Positions 9,979 through 20,571 of a stretch of 64,000 bases of DNA are shown in pieces. A program made the translations under genes and the position numbers. The notes under the pieces were generated by a model. The model saw only the letters and a list, made by a program, of their open reading frames with translations, made no database searches and was not told the origin of the DNA. Source of the stretch: an uncultured Prevotellaceae bacterium (GTDB lineage Bacteria; Bacteroidota; Bacteroidia; Bacteroidales; Bacteroidaceae); NCBI GenBank assembly GCA_902770845.1, contig CACXUV010000003.1, forward strand, positions 1,298 through 65,297, given 5' to 3'. How positions within the stretch are numbered: the first letter of the stretch is position 1; each line of letters opens with the position of its first letter.

Positions 9979-12139
9979 ATTCCAGTGGTTCGAGCTTGAT
10001 GCCAAACAGATTCACCGACTTGTCCTTTGTCAGCTCGTAGTCGCCAGCTTCCAGCACCTGTGTATAGGTGTTGCCCGTGCCGGTAATCTTTGTACCATTA
10101 ATCTTGATGCTGGCCGTTTCGGTGCTAGCAAAGTAGAGCGTCAGCTGCATCTTCTGTGCAATGGAGAACTTCACGCTGGTGCTCGATTCCATCTTCAGGC
10201 AGGTGTCGTATGTGGCGCCATCGATTGTGGCGCTGCCCTTCGAGTTGGAACCATTGCCACCAACGGTAAAGAGCGACGAACTTGGTGTGCCGTTCTTGTC
10301 GAACGTGCAAAGAATGGTGCCTTCCACCACAGGATGAGTGCCCTGACTGGTGGTGTCGGTGGGTTCTTCCCCACCCTGCTGCGAAGCCTCCTGGCCAAAG
10401 ATGCCCAGGAGCGACGACTGATAGCTGTCGATGAGTTTTTCCAGTTCTGCGTTCACAGCATAGTCAGTATCGTCAACGGCATTGTTGAACACAAACTGGC
10501 AATCGCCGTGGTTCATTCGGCCGGCGCCATACTGTCCCGTAACCAGTGCGGGCACATCGGCCGTGGCGTCGGGTGTCAGTTCATAGATGAGCTGCGGGTC
10601 GGTATCGAAGTTATTGTAGGAGGTTCCGCCCGCAAGCGTCTTCACGTCGGCAGGCACCTGCTCGTTGCGGGTCGTGGCCTCATAGCAGTCAAAGCTGGTC
10701 TTGTTGGTCTGATAGGTAATGGGCGTGTAGTAGCTGCTGCCCTCCGTTTCGGCATAGATGTTGCCAAACGACTTGATGATGCCGCCATTTTCGCCCGAGA
10801 AGGTGCCGTCGCCCTTGGCATCGGTGCCCTGTTTCGAACTGAGCAGTGGGTCATGGGCATGGCGGAAGTAGTTGTTCTCGGCAAAGCAGCTGGCACCCGT
10901 GGTGACACCTACGCCATACTTGGCATTGCCGTCGTAGTAGTTGTTATACACATGAACGCTCATGGTGCGAATGCGCGGATGGCGCGAGTCGCTGTGGTCG
11001 AACCAGTTGTGATGATAGGAAATATAGTTGGGTCCGTTCTCGCTCTTCATGCCAAACATGTTGCTCTTGCCCGTGTCCCAGAAGTGGGAGTAAGACAGGG
11101 TGACAAACTGCGAGTTGCCTTTCACGTCGATGGCACCGTCGCCCTTGATATGGTCGCCAGAGCCATGCACTCCGTAGAACACGTCGATATGGTGCATCCA
11201 GATGTGCGAATTATCGGTATCGAGCGAAATGCCGTCGTCCATGCAGCGCATGATGCCCAGGTTGCGAAACTCCACGCTCCTGGTCTTGCGGCACAGAAAG
11301 CCAAAGCCATGAATGGTGGCATCGTCGCCAATGCCCTCGAAGGTGATGTTCAGCTCGCTGTGTGCTGCCTTTCCCTTCACCTGTATGCCCTCTTCCTTGC
11401 TGCCAAACTCGTCTACGTCGGCAGCCTTCACTGTGCCAATGAAGCGCACGGCCAGCGGATTGGTCACGTTGCCCTCCTCATAGGCGGCAATGATGGCCTG
11501 CAATCCGGTGAACTCGCCACTCGACAAGCGTGCTTTCACGGTCTTGGCCGTGGCCGCCGTGACATAGATCACAACAGCACCCTGCTTCAGCGAACCGTCG
11601 TTGTTATAGGCTCCCACTCCTTTATCATATTTGAAATGGGCATAGCCCTGACGATCGTAGGCCATCACCGTGAGTTTTCCAGTCTCAACGGCAGCCGAGG
11701 CTATCTCTGTTCCCTCGGCATCAATGGGCACCACGCGCAGCTGGTAGTCGTCGGCAGGCGTCAGGCCCACCACATCGGCACGACCATAGGCACCATAGTT
11801 TCTCACCAGCTGAGCGTCGATCAGCTCATAGGCTTTCTTGTTGCCTCCCTTCACATAGACATGATAGCCCGAGGCACCGGGATAAAGCGAGAACTTGGCG
11901 TAGGCCGACTCCAGCCAGCCACGGCTCTCGATCACGCCCGGCTGTGCGAAGGACACCATCACATCGGCCTTGCTGGCCCGCTGTGTGGCAGCCTGGGCAA
12001 AGCTCATCTGCACGCTGTCTTGCTCCAGGGCTATCTCAGTGAGCTTCTGATCAATGACCTTTCCCTTCACGAAAGGGGTCTGCGCCATTGCCGTCAGAAG
12101 CGCAAGCACGGAAATGATTGTCAGTAGATGTCGTTTCAT
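9977..12139 (-). CDS. Secreted pectate lyase (PL1) with C-terminal CBM77-like module
   Basis: IWMHHID, GDGAIDVK, YHHNWF, SRHPRIR, HVYNNYY PL1 motifs; C-terminal CLKMESSTSVKF...NLFGI. Confidence 0.85.
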   Translation of the reverse strand: MKRHLLTIISVLALLTAMAQTPFVKGKVIDQKLTEIALEQDSVQMSFAQAATQRASKADVMVSFAQPGVIESRGWLESAYAKFSLYPGASGYHVYVKGGNKKAYELIDAQLVRNYGAYGRADVVGLTPADDYQLRVVPIDAEGTEIASAAVETGKLTVMAYDRQGYAHFKYDKGVGAYNNDGSLKQGAVVIYVTAATAKTVKARLSSGEFTGLQAIIAAYEEGNVTNPLAVRFIGTVKAADVDEFGSKEEGIQVKGKAAHSELNITFEGIGDDATIHGFGFLCRKTRSVEFRNLGIMRCMDDGISLDTDNSHIWMHHIDVFYGVHGSGDHIKGDGAIDVKGNSQFVTLSYSHFWDTGKSNMFGMKSENGPNYISYHHNWFDHSDSRHPRIRTMSVHVYNNYYDGNAKYGVGVTTGASCFAENNYFRHAHDPLLSSKQGTDAKGDGTFSGENGGIIKSFGNIYAETEGSSYYTPITYQTNKTSFDCYEATTRNEQVPADVKTLAGGTSYNNFDTDPQLIYELTPDATADVPALVTGQYGAGRMNHGDCQFVFNNAVDDTDYAVNAELEKLIDSYQSSLLGIFGQEASQQGGEEPTDTTSQGTHPVVEGTILCTFDKNGTPSSSLFTVGGNGSNSKGSATIDGATYDTCLKMESSTSVKFSIAQKMQLTLYFASTETASIKINGTKITGTGNTYTQVLEAGDYELTKDKSVNLFGIKLEPLE

Positions 12140-12199
12140 TGTATGATTCTTTGTTTTTGTTAGTAATTTTTTCTGTACGAATATTCTATCATTGTTCCG

Positions 12200-13693
12200 T
12201 CAGGACCTGCTGGCATGAAAGCCTTCCAGGTTCTCATATTTTCGGGCCATCATCCTGGCATACACATTGCGCAGCCACCAAGGATGGGTCACGGTGAAGA
12301 ACAGTCCTATCACAATCAGGACGAAATAGGCATTCTCTTCATCCAGCACAAGCAGCAGAACGGTTGCCATGAGTAGGGGGGCAAACATGGCCGTCAGTTC
12401 CAGCACGAGCTGCAAGCCGTTCTCCATGTTGCCCTTGCCCGTGAGTTTGCGGTCGAGCGGCAGCGTCTGCTTGTTGTAGACGGCCAACTGGAACATGATG
12501 AAATAGAGCAGACCACTGGAAACAAACAGATAGGCGGCCATCATCAGCAGCGAGAACTTGCCCGCAAAGACGGCAGGCAACATGAGCAGCAGCGGCACCA
12601 GCAGTATGGACACGTGGAAATAGTACTTGGCCCGCAGGAGCGACAGTGTGTTTTCGCGATGCACCATGAGCAGGTCTATATAGTTGCCTTCGGGCCCCAT
12701 GACCTTGACAAGAGCCGTTTCGCCATAGATGCTGAAGCAGTAGTAGCACCAGAAATTGAGCATCAGGAAATTGTCGTATATGTCGCTGAACGTGATGATG
12801 AGCGACAGCACGACCACCAGTCCCAGGCTCATCAGCACACGCGAACGGATGGCCTTGTTGCGCATGATGCTCTTCAGCTCCAGTTTCAGGTACTCGCCCA
12901 CCTGGCCGAAACGCTCCAGGAAGGTGAAGTCTGACACCTGCTTCAGTGCCGTGGCCTGTTTCTCTTCGCGCGCAATCTCTTCATACACAAAGGCATACTG
13001 CATGGTTCTGTTGATCCACAGCAGCACGGCCAGCAAGCCAAAGCAGAGCAGCAGCATCCACCAGGAGCCTCCCTGTTCGGCCACGAAGTCGGCAGCAGCC
13101 TCAAAAAGATGCAGCTGGTCGTCAGACAGCATCAAGCCAAAGTACAGCCCATAGAACGCTGCAGGCACCAGCCACCACAGCAGCGAGCGTGCCACCAGCG
13201 TGCGCACCAGCAGATACCACTGACTGTTGAACATGACGAGCAGCATGCCGCAGAGCAGCACAGTGAGCGCCACAAGGAATGATGTGCCACCTGCCCATGT
13301 TATAATGAAATAGGGCACGAAGAGTGCAAGCCACAGGGCATTCCAGCCACTGCAGACCGACGTCGTCAGAAAGGTGTCGATCACGGCTCTGCGCGGCATG
13401 GGCAGCAGCATGTAGGGTTTCATGAGCATCACGGGCGTTTGCTGGGCCATGAAGCGCATGCCGAAGTCAATCAGCAACAGCAATGGCAGGATGACCAGCA
13501 CAAAGGCCGGCATGTCGCCCTCATTGGCTGCCATGGCCATCATCACGCCTATGCCAATGAGATAAATCGACATGAACCCACCACCAATGATGGCAAGCAC
13601 CTTGGCCACCATGCTTTGCTCGAAAGCTGGCGACCGGCGAAAGCCCAACTGATTGTTGTGGCGCAACAACAGGAAAAGTTGCAAACGGGTCAT
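12200..13693 (-). CDS. DUF5687 family multi-pass membrane protein
   Basis: About 12 hydrophobic segments; DFGMRF..Q, GEYLKLELKSIMRNK, C-terminal KYENLEGF. Confidence 0.75.
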   Translation of the reverse strand: MTRLQLFLLLRHNNQLGFRRSPAFEQSMVAKVLAIIGGGFMSIYLIGIGVMMAMAANEGDMPAFVLVILPLLLLIDFGMRFMAQQTPVMLMKPYMLLPMPRRAVIDTFLTTSVCSGWNALWLALFVPYFIITWAGGTSFLVALTVLLCGMLLVMFNSQWYLLVRTLVARSLLWWLVPAAFYGLYFGLMLSDDQLHLFEAAADFVAEQGGSWWMLLLCFGLLAVLLWINRTMQYAFVYEEIAREEKQATALKQVSDFTFLERFGQVGEYLKLELKSIMRNKAIRSRVLMSLGLVVVLSLIITFSDIYDNFLMLNFWCYYCFSIYGETALVKVMGPEGNYIDLLMVHRENTLSLLRAKYYFHVSILLVPLLLMLPAVFAGKFSLLMMAAYLFVSSGLLYFIMFQLAVYNKQTLPLDRKLTGKGNMENGLQLVLELTAMFAPLLMATVLLLVLDEENAYFVLIVIGLFFTVTHPWWLRNVYARMMARKYENLEGFHASRS

Positions 13694-13699
13694 GTGAGG

Positions 13700-13728
13700 G
13701 TGAGTTTTTGAGTTTCTGAGTTTTTGAG
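13700..13728. repeat. 8-bp microsatellite of TGAGTTTT type, reverse complement of the 9944 array
   Basis: gtgagtttttgagtttctgagtttttgag. Confidence 0.75.
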
Positions 13729-14334
13729 CTAGCGAAGGTCAATCACCTCAGCCGAAGGAAACTCCTTCGAGTTGAATCGGAACGCATCGTCGGCCAGGCT
13801 GGCCTTCTTCAGGTTCGAGATTGTGAAGGTGGTCCACTTTTGGCCTTGCAGCATCTTCACCTCTGTGGGTGCGTACGATTTCTTGTCGACGGTGATGAAG
13901 ATTTCCTGCACCTTGCGCTTGGCATTGGTCGACGTGAGGTGCACGTTATAGGCCGCTGCCGTGGTGTTCATGGTGTACTTGAATCCCTTCTTATACATGT
14001 TGATGAAGTTATAGGGATTGATGGCCTGCAACTGGGCCTCGGTGGGTGTCACCACGCTCACCTCGTTGTTTTTCTTCAGATAGGTCCACTGCGTGGTGCC
14101 GTCGAACCACATCGTGGCCTGCGGCGTGGAAGCGCGAAACTTCTTGCCCTTCACGGCAATGGTGCCACTCACATTGCTGTACTGGGCACTCTGCATGGTG
14201 AAGTTGGCCTGAATGCCTTCCTTGGCACTGATGGTTGCGGCACACTTGTCGAGCACCGACTTGGCCGTCTGGCCCATAGCCACACCGGCAAACACCAGCA
14301 GCATGCTGGCAATGATAAATAGTGTCTTCTTCAT
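13729..14334 (-). CDS. LolA-like outer-membrane lipoprotein carrier
   Basis: Signal peptide, WFDGTTQWTY..NNEV, C-terminal EVIDLR; coupled to ftsK. Confidence 0.88.
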   Translation of the reverse strand: MKKTLFIIASMLLVFAGVAMGQTAKSVLDKCAATISAKEGIQANFTMQSAQYSNVSGTIAVKGKKFRASTPQATMWFDGTTQWTYLKKNNEVSVVTPTEAQLQAINPYNFINMYKKGFKYTMNTTAAAYNVHLTSTNAKRKVQEIFITVDKKSYAPTEVKMLQGQKWTTFTISNLKKASLADDAFRFNSKEFPSAEVIDLR

Positions 14335-16799
14335 TATTTTCTAAGCGCGTTTAATAATTGTTCCAAACTCAGTTCGTCTTGTATGAGCACTTCGCGGGGC
14401 TTCGAGCCATGGGCCTCGCCCACCACACCAGCCTTTTGCATCATGTCCATCAGTCGGCCGGCACGGTTGTAGCCTATCGAAAACTGACGCTGAATGAGAC
14501 TGGTCGAGCCCGACTGCTTGGCCACAATCAGGCGTGCAGCATCTTCGAACATGGGGTCCAGGTGGCTCAGGTCCACGTCGGAGTTGCCACCACCCACGTC
14601 GTCGCCTTCGTCCACGGCGGGTTCGGGCAGTTCGAAGGGTTCCTGATATCCTTGCTGGGCGGCAATGAAGTTGTTGATGTCGACCACCTCGGGCGTGTCG
14701 ACAAAAGCACACTGCACGCGAATGGGCTCTGTGCCAGCCAGATAGAGCATGTCGCCACGACCTATGAGCTGCTGTGCGCCCATGCGGTCCAGAATAGTCT
14801 TCGAGTCGATGCCCTGGCTCACCTTGAAGGCAATGCGGGCAGGGAAGTTGGCCTTGATGGTGCCCGTGATGATGTTGGTCGTGGGGCGCTGCGTGGCAAT
14901 GATCATGTGAATGCCCACGGCACGGGCCTTCTGCGCAATGCGGGCAATGGGCAGCTCTATCTCCTTGCCTGCGGTCATGATCAGGTCGCCATACTCGTCG
15001 ATCACCACCACAATATAGGGCATGAACTTGTGGCCATGCTCCGGATTCAGCTTGCGGGCAATGAACTTGCGGTTATAGTCCTTGATGTTGCGCTCGCCGG
15101 CAGCCATGAGCAGCTCGTAGCGGGTGTCCATCTCCACGCAGAGGCTTTGCAGCGTTCTCACCACCTTCTTCGTGTCGGTAATGATGGGCGACGCGTTCTC
15201 GTCGGGCACCTTGGCCAGGAAGTGGTTGGCAATGTTCGAATAGATGCTGAACTCCACCATCTTCGGGTCCACCAGCACAATCTTCAGTTCGGCGGGGTGC
15301 TTCTTATATAATAAAGAGGTGAGGATGGCATTCAGTCCCACCGACTTGCCCTGACCCGTGGCACCGGCCACCAGCAGGTGGGGAGCCTTGGCCAGATCGA
15401 ACATGAACACCTCGTTGGTGATGGTCTTGCCCATGGCACAGGGCAGGTCCATCGTTGTTTCCTGAAATTTCTTCGAGTTCAGCACGCTCTGCATCGACAC
15501 CGTCTGCGGCTTGGCGTTAGGCACCTCAATGCCTATCGTGCCCTTGCCGGGAATGGGCGCAATGATGCGAATGCCCAGTGCCTTCAGGCTCAGCGCAATG
15601 TCGTCTTCGAGCGTTCTGATTCTCGAAATGCGCACACCCTGCGCCGGCGTAATCTCATAGAGCGTGATGGTGGGGCCCACGGTGGCCTTGATCGACGTGA
15701 TGTCGATGCCAAAGTTGCGCAGCACCTCCACAATGCGGTTCTTGTTCTGGGTCTGCTCCTCCATGTCGATGAAGGGCTTGCCGTCGTTCTCATACGCCTT
15801 CAGCAGGTCGAGCGTGGGATAGCGATAGTTCTCCAGGTCGCGCTTGGGGTCGTAGGGCTCCAAGTCCTGCACAGCCGTTTCCACCAGCTGGCCACTGGCT
15901 TTCTCGTCTTCTTCGCCCAGCGCCACGTCCAGTCCCACTTCTTGCGGTTCCTTCTTCAGCTCCTTCTGTGACTCCTTCTGGGGCTCTGCTTTAGCAGCAT
16001 CGTCACCGGGAACGGGTTCCACAGAAAGGTCGGTAAACTCCACCGTCTCCGTCTGCGGATTGTCAAACACCGTGGGGTCGTCCTGCGTCTCAATCTGGTT
16101 CTCATAACTGTCTTCAGGCTCAATCTCGTCCTGCGACGTGTCGACCACCTTGAACTTGATGCGGTCGAGGAACTTGGTGGGGTTCAGCAGCTTGCGAATC
16201 ATGAACACCGTTTCTGTGCTCAGATAGGTGAGATAGGCCAGCGCCACCAGTGCCAGCACAGCCGTGAGCCCTGGAGCACCCACATAGCCCTCAATCCACT
16301 GACAGGCAACCAGTCCATGATCGCCACCGGGACAAAAATGGCTGCTGTCCATAAACGGCGAGAGAAACTTGGCCATGGCCACCGACAGCCACACCATGAG
16401 CACCATCAACGAGAAGAACAGCTTCCAGAGATTCAGCCTGTAGGCTTTCATCAGATGGAGCGAAGCCAGAAACAGAAACGCCGGAATCAGGAACGCGGGC
16501 AGCCCGAAGCACTGCTTGATGAAGAAATAGGCGGTAAAGGCTCCTATCGAACCGCAATAGTTGCCAAACTTGCCGTCTTCATTATTCATCTCGTCCGCGC
16601 GCAGGTTCTCAATCAGGCTCTGGTCGGCCTGTCCTGTGGTGAAGAACGACACAAACGAAAGCACAAAATAGAAGGCCAGTGCAAAGAGCAGCAAGCCCAG
16701 GAAGAAATTCAGCTTTTCGTTGTGGAATATATTGGTGAGTCCTATCGTTTCAACAAACGAGGGGCTGTCATCAGCCCGTTTTTTCCTCTTCTTTGCCAT
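14334..16799 (-). CDS. ftsK: DNA translocase FtsK
   Basis: N-terminal TM region, PHLLVAGATGQGKS, VVVIDE, ATQRP, gamma domain SIGYNRAGR. Confidence 0.97.
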   Translation of the reverse strand: MAKKRKKRADDSPSFVETIGLTNIFHNEKLNFFLGLLLFALAFYFVLSFVSFFTTGQADQSLIENLRADEMNNEDGKFGNYCGSIGAFTAYFFIKQCFGLPAFLIPAFLFLASLHLMKAYRLNLWKLFFSLMVLMVWLSVAMAKFLSPFMDSSHFCPGGDHGLVACQWIEGYVGAPGLTAVLALVALAYLTYLSTETVFMIRKLLNPTKFLDRIKFKVVDTSQDEIEPEDSYENQIETQDDPTVFDNPQTETVEFTDLSVEPVPGDDAAKAEPQKESQKELKKEPQEVGLDVALGEEDEKASGQLVETAVQDLEPYDPKRDLENYRYPTLDLLKAYENDGKPFIDMEEQTQNKNRIVEVLRNFGIDITSIKATVGPTITLYEITPAQGVRISRIRTLEDDIALSLKALGIRIIAPIPGKGTIGIEVPNAKPQTVSMQSVLNSKKFQETTMDLPCAMGKTITNEVFMFDLAKAPHLLVAGATGQGKSVGLNAILTSLLYKKHPAELKIVLVDPKMVEFSIYSNIANHFLAKVPDENASPIITDTKKVVRTLQSLCVEMDTRYELLMAAGERNIKDYNRKFIARKLNPEHGHKFMPYIVVVIDEYGDLIMTAGKEIELPIARIAQKARAVGIHMIIATQRPTTNIITGTIKANFPARIAFKVSQGIDSKTILDRMGAQQLIGRGDMLYLAGTEPIRVQCAFVDTPEVVDINNFIAAQQGYQEPFELPEPAVDEGDDVGGGNSDVDLSHLDPMFEDAARLIVAKQSGSTSLIQRQFSIGYNRAGRLMDMMQKAGVVGEAHGSKPREVLIQDELSLEQLLNALRK

Positions 16800-16832
16800 T
16801 ATCTTTTACCTTACGTTTTTGCAATTCCAGTG

Positions 16833-16840
16833 CAAAAGTA
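16833..16840 (-). promoter_or_regulatory. Bacteroidetes -7 promoter element for ftsK
   Basis: TACTTTTG matches TAnnTTTG, about 35 bp upstream of the start codon. Confidence 0.65.
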
Positions 16841-17023
16841 ATAAATAATAATGAATAAAGAATTTTTTTGCCATTAAATATTTATAAATGAATTAAGAAT
16901 TAACCTGAAACGGCCTCCGTATTTTCGATAATCTTTACAAAAAAAAATTGCAAAATAGAACGGTACATGCCCCTTTTTCGCCCCATCTGCAGCCTCTTGC
17001 CTGCTTGTCGGCAACAACGCGGA

Positions 17024-17140
17024 GCACAACAGAGGCCCCGTTGCGTGCCAGAAAGGCCACTTTTGCCCTGCAATCGACGTCCCCTTGCCTTGCAACGGGG
17101 GCTCCGTTGCAAGGCAATGGGGCCTCCGTTGCAGGGCAGC
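17024..17140. repeat. GC-rich palindromic array with 22-bp period
   Basis: TTGC at 17041, 17063, 17085, 17107, 17129; central hairpin ttgccttgcaacgg-gggct-ccgttgcaaggcaa. Confidence 0.75.
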
Positions 17141-17468
17141 GAGAAGCATCCTCACAGCAAAATTCGCGCACACATCTGAATGACAATCACTTACGAACCG
17201 TCCTCATAACTCAGAAATTTCGGGCAAAAATATTTTTCCTGACCGCGAAGCGATTCTCGCGCTTGTTCAGACGGTGTTTTTTTTAGAAGAGCTTAAATCA
17301 GAATTGCCTTCAATTGATGATTTAGAAAATACGCTTAATGATTAAAAATCTTAAATAATGCAACATCTACAACCTGACACCACCTTGCAAAGTGGTTAAT
17401 ACAACATATTGCCTGCGAATGATATATTCTTTCTGCTTCATGACTATCGTTAGCGTCTGCAAACATAG

Positions 17469-17534
17469 TAACTATGTGGTTTTCGTTGTGTAACTATATG
17501 GTTTGCGATGTCTAACCATCATGTTTACGACCCG
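17469..17534. repeat. Degenerate 22-bp tandem repeat, 3 units
   Basis: taactatgtggttttcgttgtg / taactatatggtttgcgatgtc / taaccatcatgtttacgacccg. Confidence 0.7.
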
Positions 17535-17648
17535 CAAGTGATATTCCTGCGGATGCTTTCCTTGAGTGATATGACAGATTGATTACAAAAAAGTAATAAT
17601 GGTAAGTATTTCCGTAATATTTATAATACGAAATTCATTTTTTCTTAC

Positions 17649-17656
17649 TAATTTTG
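17649..17656 (+). promoter_or_regulatory. Bacteroidetes -7 promoter element
   Basis: TAATTTTG upstream of the DUF362 gene. Confidence 0.6.
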
Positions 17657-17709
17657 CAACGTGAAATGGAACGGACTTACGAACTAAAGACAAAAATAAA
17701 GTAAAAAAA

Positions 17710-18678
17710 ATGATGAAGAAAACAAAAATGATGGCTGCAGCCATGCTGATGCTGTTCTCGGCAGCAGCCTTCGGACAAAGCAAGGTCTACATGACGAAAG
17801 AGATTACGCCCGAGTCGCTGGTGAAAATCTACAAGGCACTGGGCTTGGAGGCTACAGGCCGCGTGGCGGTGAAAATATCTACAGGCGAAGGCGGCAACAC
17901 ACACTACCTGAAGCCAACGCTCATACGCAACCTGGTGGACGAGGTGAACGGAACCATCGTAGAGTGCTGCACGGCCTACCCGGGCACACGCATGGCCCCC
18001 AAGCAGCACTGGCAGACCATTCATGAGCACGGCTTCGACAGCATCTTTGCCGTGGACCTGATGGACGAGTTCGGACAGATTCGCATTCCCATACAGGACA
18101 AGAAGCACCTGAAGTATGACATCGTGGGCGAGCATCTGGCCAACTATGACTTCATGATCAACCTGGCCCACTTCAAGGGGCACGCCATGGGTGGCTTTGG
18201 CGGCGTGATGAAGAATGCCTCGATTGGTGTGGCCTCAACGGCTGGCAAGTGCTACATTCACTCGGCTGGCAAGAGCGACGACCCGAAAACGGCATGGAAT
18301 CCCGGCACGCTGGCTGCAGGCGACACGCAGGATTTGTTTCTGGAGTCGATGGCCGCTGCTGCTCAGGCCGTACACAATTACTTCAGTGGAAAGGTTGTCT
18401 ACATCAACGTGATGAACAACATGTCGGTGGACTGCGACTGCGACGGACATCCTGCCAAGCCCGAACTGAAAGACATGGGCATCGTGGCCAGTCTGGACCC
18501 CGTGGCTGTGGACCAAGCCTGTCTGGACATGGTGTTCAACTATCAAGGAAAGCCCGGCGACGACAACAAGCCACTCATTCAGCGCATCAATCGCCAGCAC
18601 GGCACCTACATTACGGACTATGCGGAAAAGATTGGATTTGGTTCCAAGAAATATGAACTGATCAGTATTGACAAATGA
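17710..18678 (+). CDS. Exported DUF362 domain putative Fe-S protein
   Basis: Signal peptide; VAVKISTGE, AHFKGHAMGGFGG, SVDCDC, ASLDPVAVDQAC. Confidence 0.85.
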   Translation: MMKKTKMMAAAMLMLFSAAAFGQSKVYMTKEITPESLVKIYKALGLEATGRVAVKISTGEGGNTHYLKPTLIRNLVDEVNGTIVECCTAYPGTRMAPKQHWQTIHEHGFDSIFAVDLMDEFGQIRIPIQDKKHLKYDIVGEHLANYDFMINLAHFKGHAMGGFGGVMKNASIGVASTAGKCYIHSAGKSDDPKTAWNPGTLAAGDTQDLFLESMAAAAQAVHNYFSGKVVYINVMNNMSVDCDCDGHPAKPELKDMGIVASLDPVAVDQACLDMVFNYQGKPGDDNKPLIQRINRQHGTYITDYAEKIGFGSKKYELISIDK

Positions 18679-20547
18679 CAAGGAGATTAGCTTCGGTGCT
18701 CACAGCTTCGGCTGTGGGCACATTTTTGTTTGCTTCTGCTGCATGGGCAGAAGAACCCAACGACTCTTTGAGCCTGCAGGAGGTGGTGGTGACTGGTGCG
18801 CGAAATGCCACCAGCGTGCACCATCTGCCAATGACGGTGACGGTCATTGGGCGTGAGAAACTGACGGAGCAACAGCGCACCAACGTGTTGCCCACCGTGA
18901 GCGAACTGGTGCCAAGTCTCTTTGTCACCAGCCGTGGCCTGATGGGCTACGGTGTGAGCAATGGTGCCGCCGGCGGCATCAACCTGCGTGGCATCAACGG
19001 CGGAAGCGGAGGACTGCTTCTACGGGCATCCCATTTCCGACAGCTATCAAACGCTGATGGCTGAGCGTGTCGAGGTGCTGCGCGGACCTGCCTCGGTGCT
19101 TTATGGCTCCAACGCCATGGGTGGTGTGCTGAACATCGTGACCCGCAGCATGAAAGAAGACGGTTCGCACACCCACATCAACCTGGGGGCTGGCAGCTAT
19201 GGCACCGTGCAGACACAGGTGAGCAACCAGACACGAAAAGGGGCATTCAGCAGTACCATCGGTGTGCAATATAACCGATCAGACAACCATCGGCCACGCA
19301 TGGGCTTCGAGCAGCAAAGTGGCTACGCAAAACTGGGCTACGACCTGAACAGCCACTGGCACACCTATGCAGAGGCCAATCTGACTCGCTTTGAGGGCAG
19401 CGACCCTGGCACAACCGACAAGCCCATCTTTGACCGCGACCAGTGGATTACGCGTGGCGAGGCCACCGTGAGCCTGGAGAACCACTACAACCGCACCAGT
19501 GGTGCACTGAGCGTGTTTACCAACTTTGGCAACCACCGCATTGACGATGGCTGGGAGGTGGGACGTGCCAAGGGCAACGGTCCCGACCAGCGCGACTACT
19601 ACTTCCGTTCCAAGGACAACCTCACCGGGGTGTCGCTCTATCAAAGCGTCAGCTTGTTTGAGGGCAACCGCCTGACGGCTGGTTTCGACTATCAACACAT
19701 CTACGGCCATGCCTACAACACGTCGAAGCTGACGGGCGAGGTGACCAACGAAGGCAAGCCCAGCTACAGCAAGTCACACCGCAACGAAGTGGCCGGCTAT
19801 GTGGACTTCAGCCAGGAACTGACCAGCTGGCTGACGATGGATGCGGGCTTGCGCATAGACCATCACTCTGTGGCTGGCACCGAGCTGATTCCCCAGGCTG
19901 GCATCGTGGTGCGCCCCACCGGCAACGGCCAGTTGAAGGCCATGGTGAGCAAGGGCTATCGCAACCCAACGATGAAAGACCTCTATCTGTATGCCATGGC
20001 CAACGACAGTCTGGAGCCAGAGCGCATCTGGCACTACGAGCTGTCATGGCGTCACCGCGTGGGCAGCCTTGCCTATGGTGCCAACCTGTACTATCTGAAA
20101 GGCGACAACCTGATTCAGACGATAACTGTGGGAGGAAAGCAACGCAACATGAACACGGGCGAGGTGGAAAACTACGGCATTGAGCTGGAGGCCAACTACA
20201 ACGTGAATGTTCACCTCAGTCTGACCACCAACCACTCGCTGCTGCACATGAAGAACCCCGTCGTGGCTGCTCCCAAATATAAGGGTTATCTGGGCGCACG
20301 CTGGAACTGCTGCCATTGGAACGCGGTGGCTGGCCTGCAGTATCTGAACGGGCTTTACACCGCCGTGGGCCAAAACGAACAAAAGGAGAACGTGCTGCTG
20401 CTCAATGCCACCGTGAGCTATCAGGCCACTCGCCAAGTGACGCTGTGGCTGCGGGGCGAGAATCTGCTGGCACAGAGCTATGAAATCAATCTGGGATTTC
20501 CCATGCCCCGTGCCACCTTCATGGGAGGCATCAATCTGAATTTCTGA
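18675..20547 (+). pseudogene. TonB-dependent receptor, frameshifted near 19017-19020
   Basis: First frame gives signal peptide, LQEVVVTG and plug start; second frame gives ERVEVLRGPASVLYGSNAMGGV through the terminal Phe; the plug VLIDG segment is missing at the junction. Confidence 0.8.
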
Positions 20548-20571
20548 TAGTAAGAGAACTCACTGACTCAT

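Noticed and set aside
10334-12127. Long antisense ORFs (also 23593-25353, 36668-38251, 49403-50968, 62013-63815)
   Set aside because: They mirror well-supported genes on the opposite strand, have no recognisable motifs, and are expected from codon bias.
16874-17286. Short overlapping ORFs in the ftsK-DUF362 spacer
   Set aside because: They run through a GC-rich repeat and show no protein-like features.
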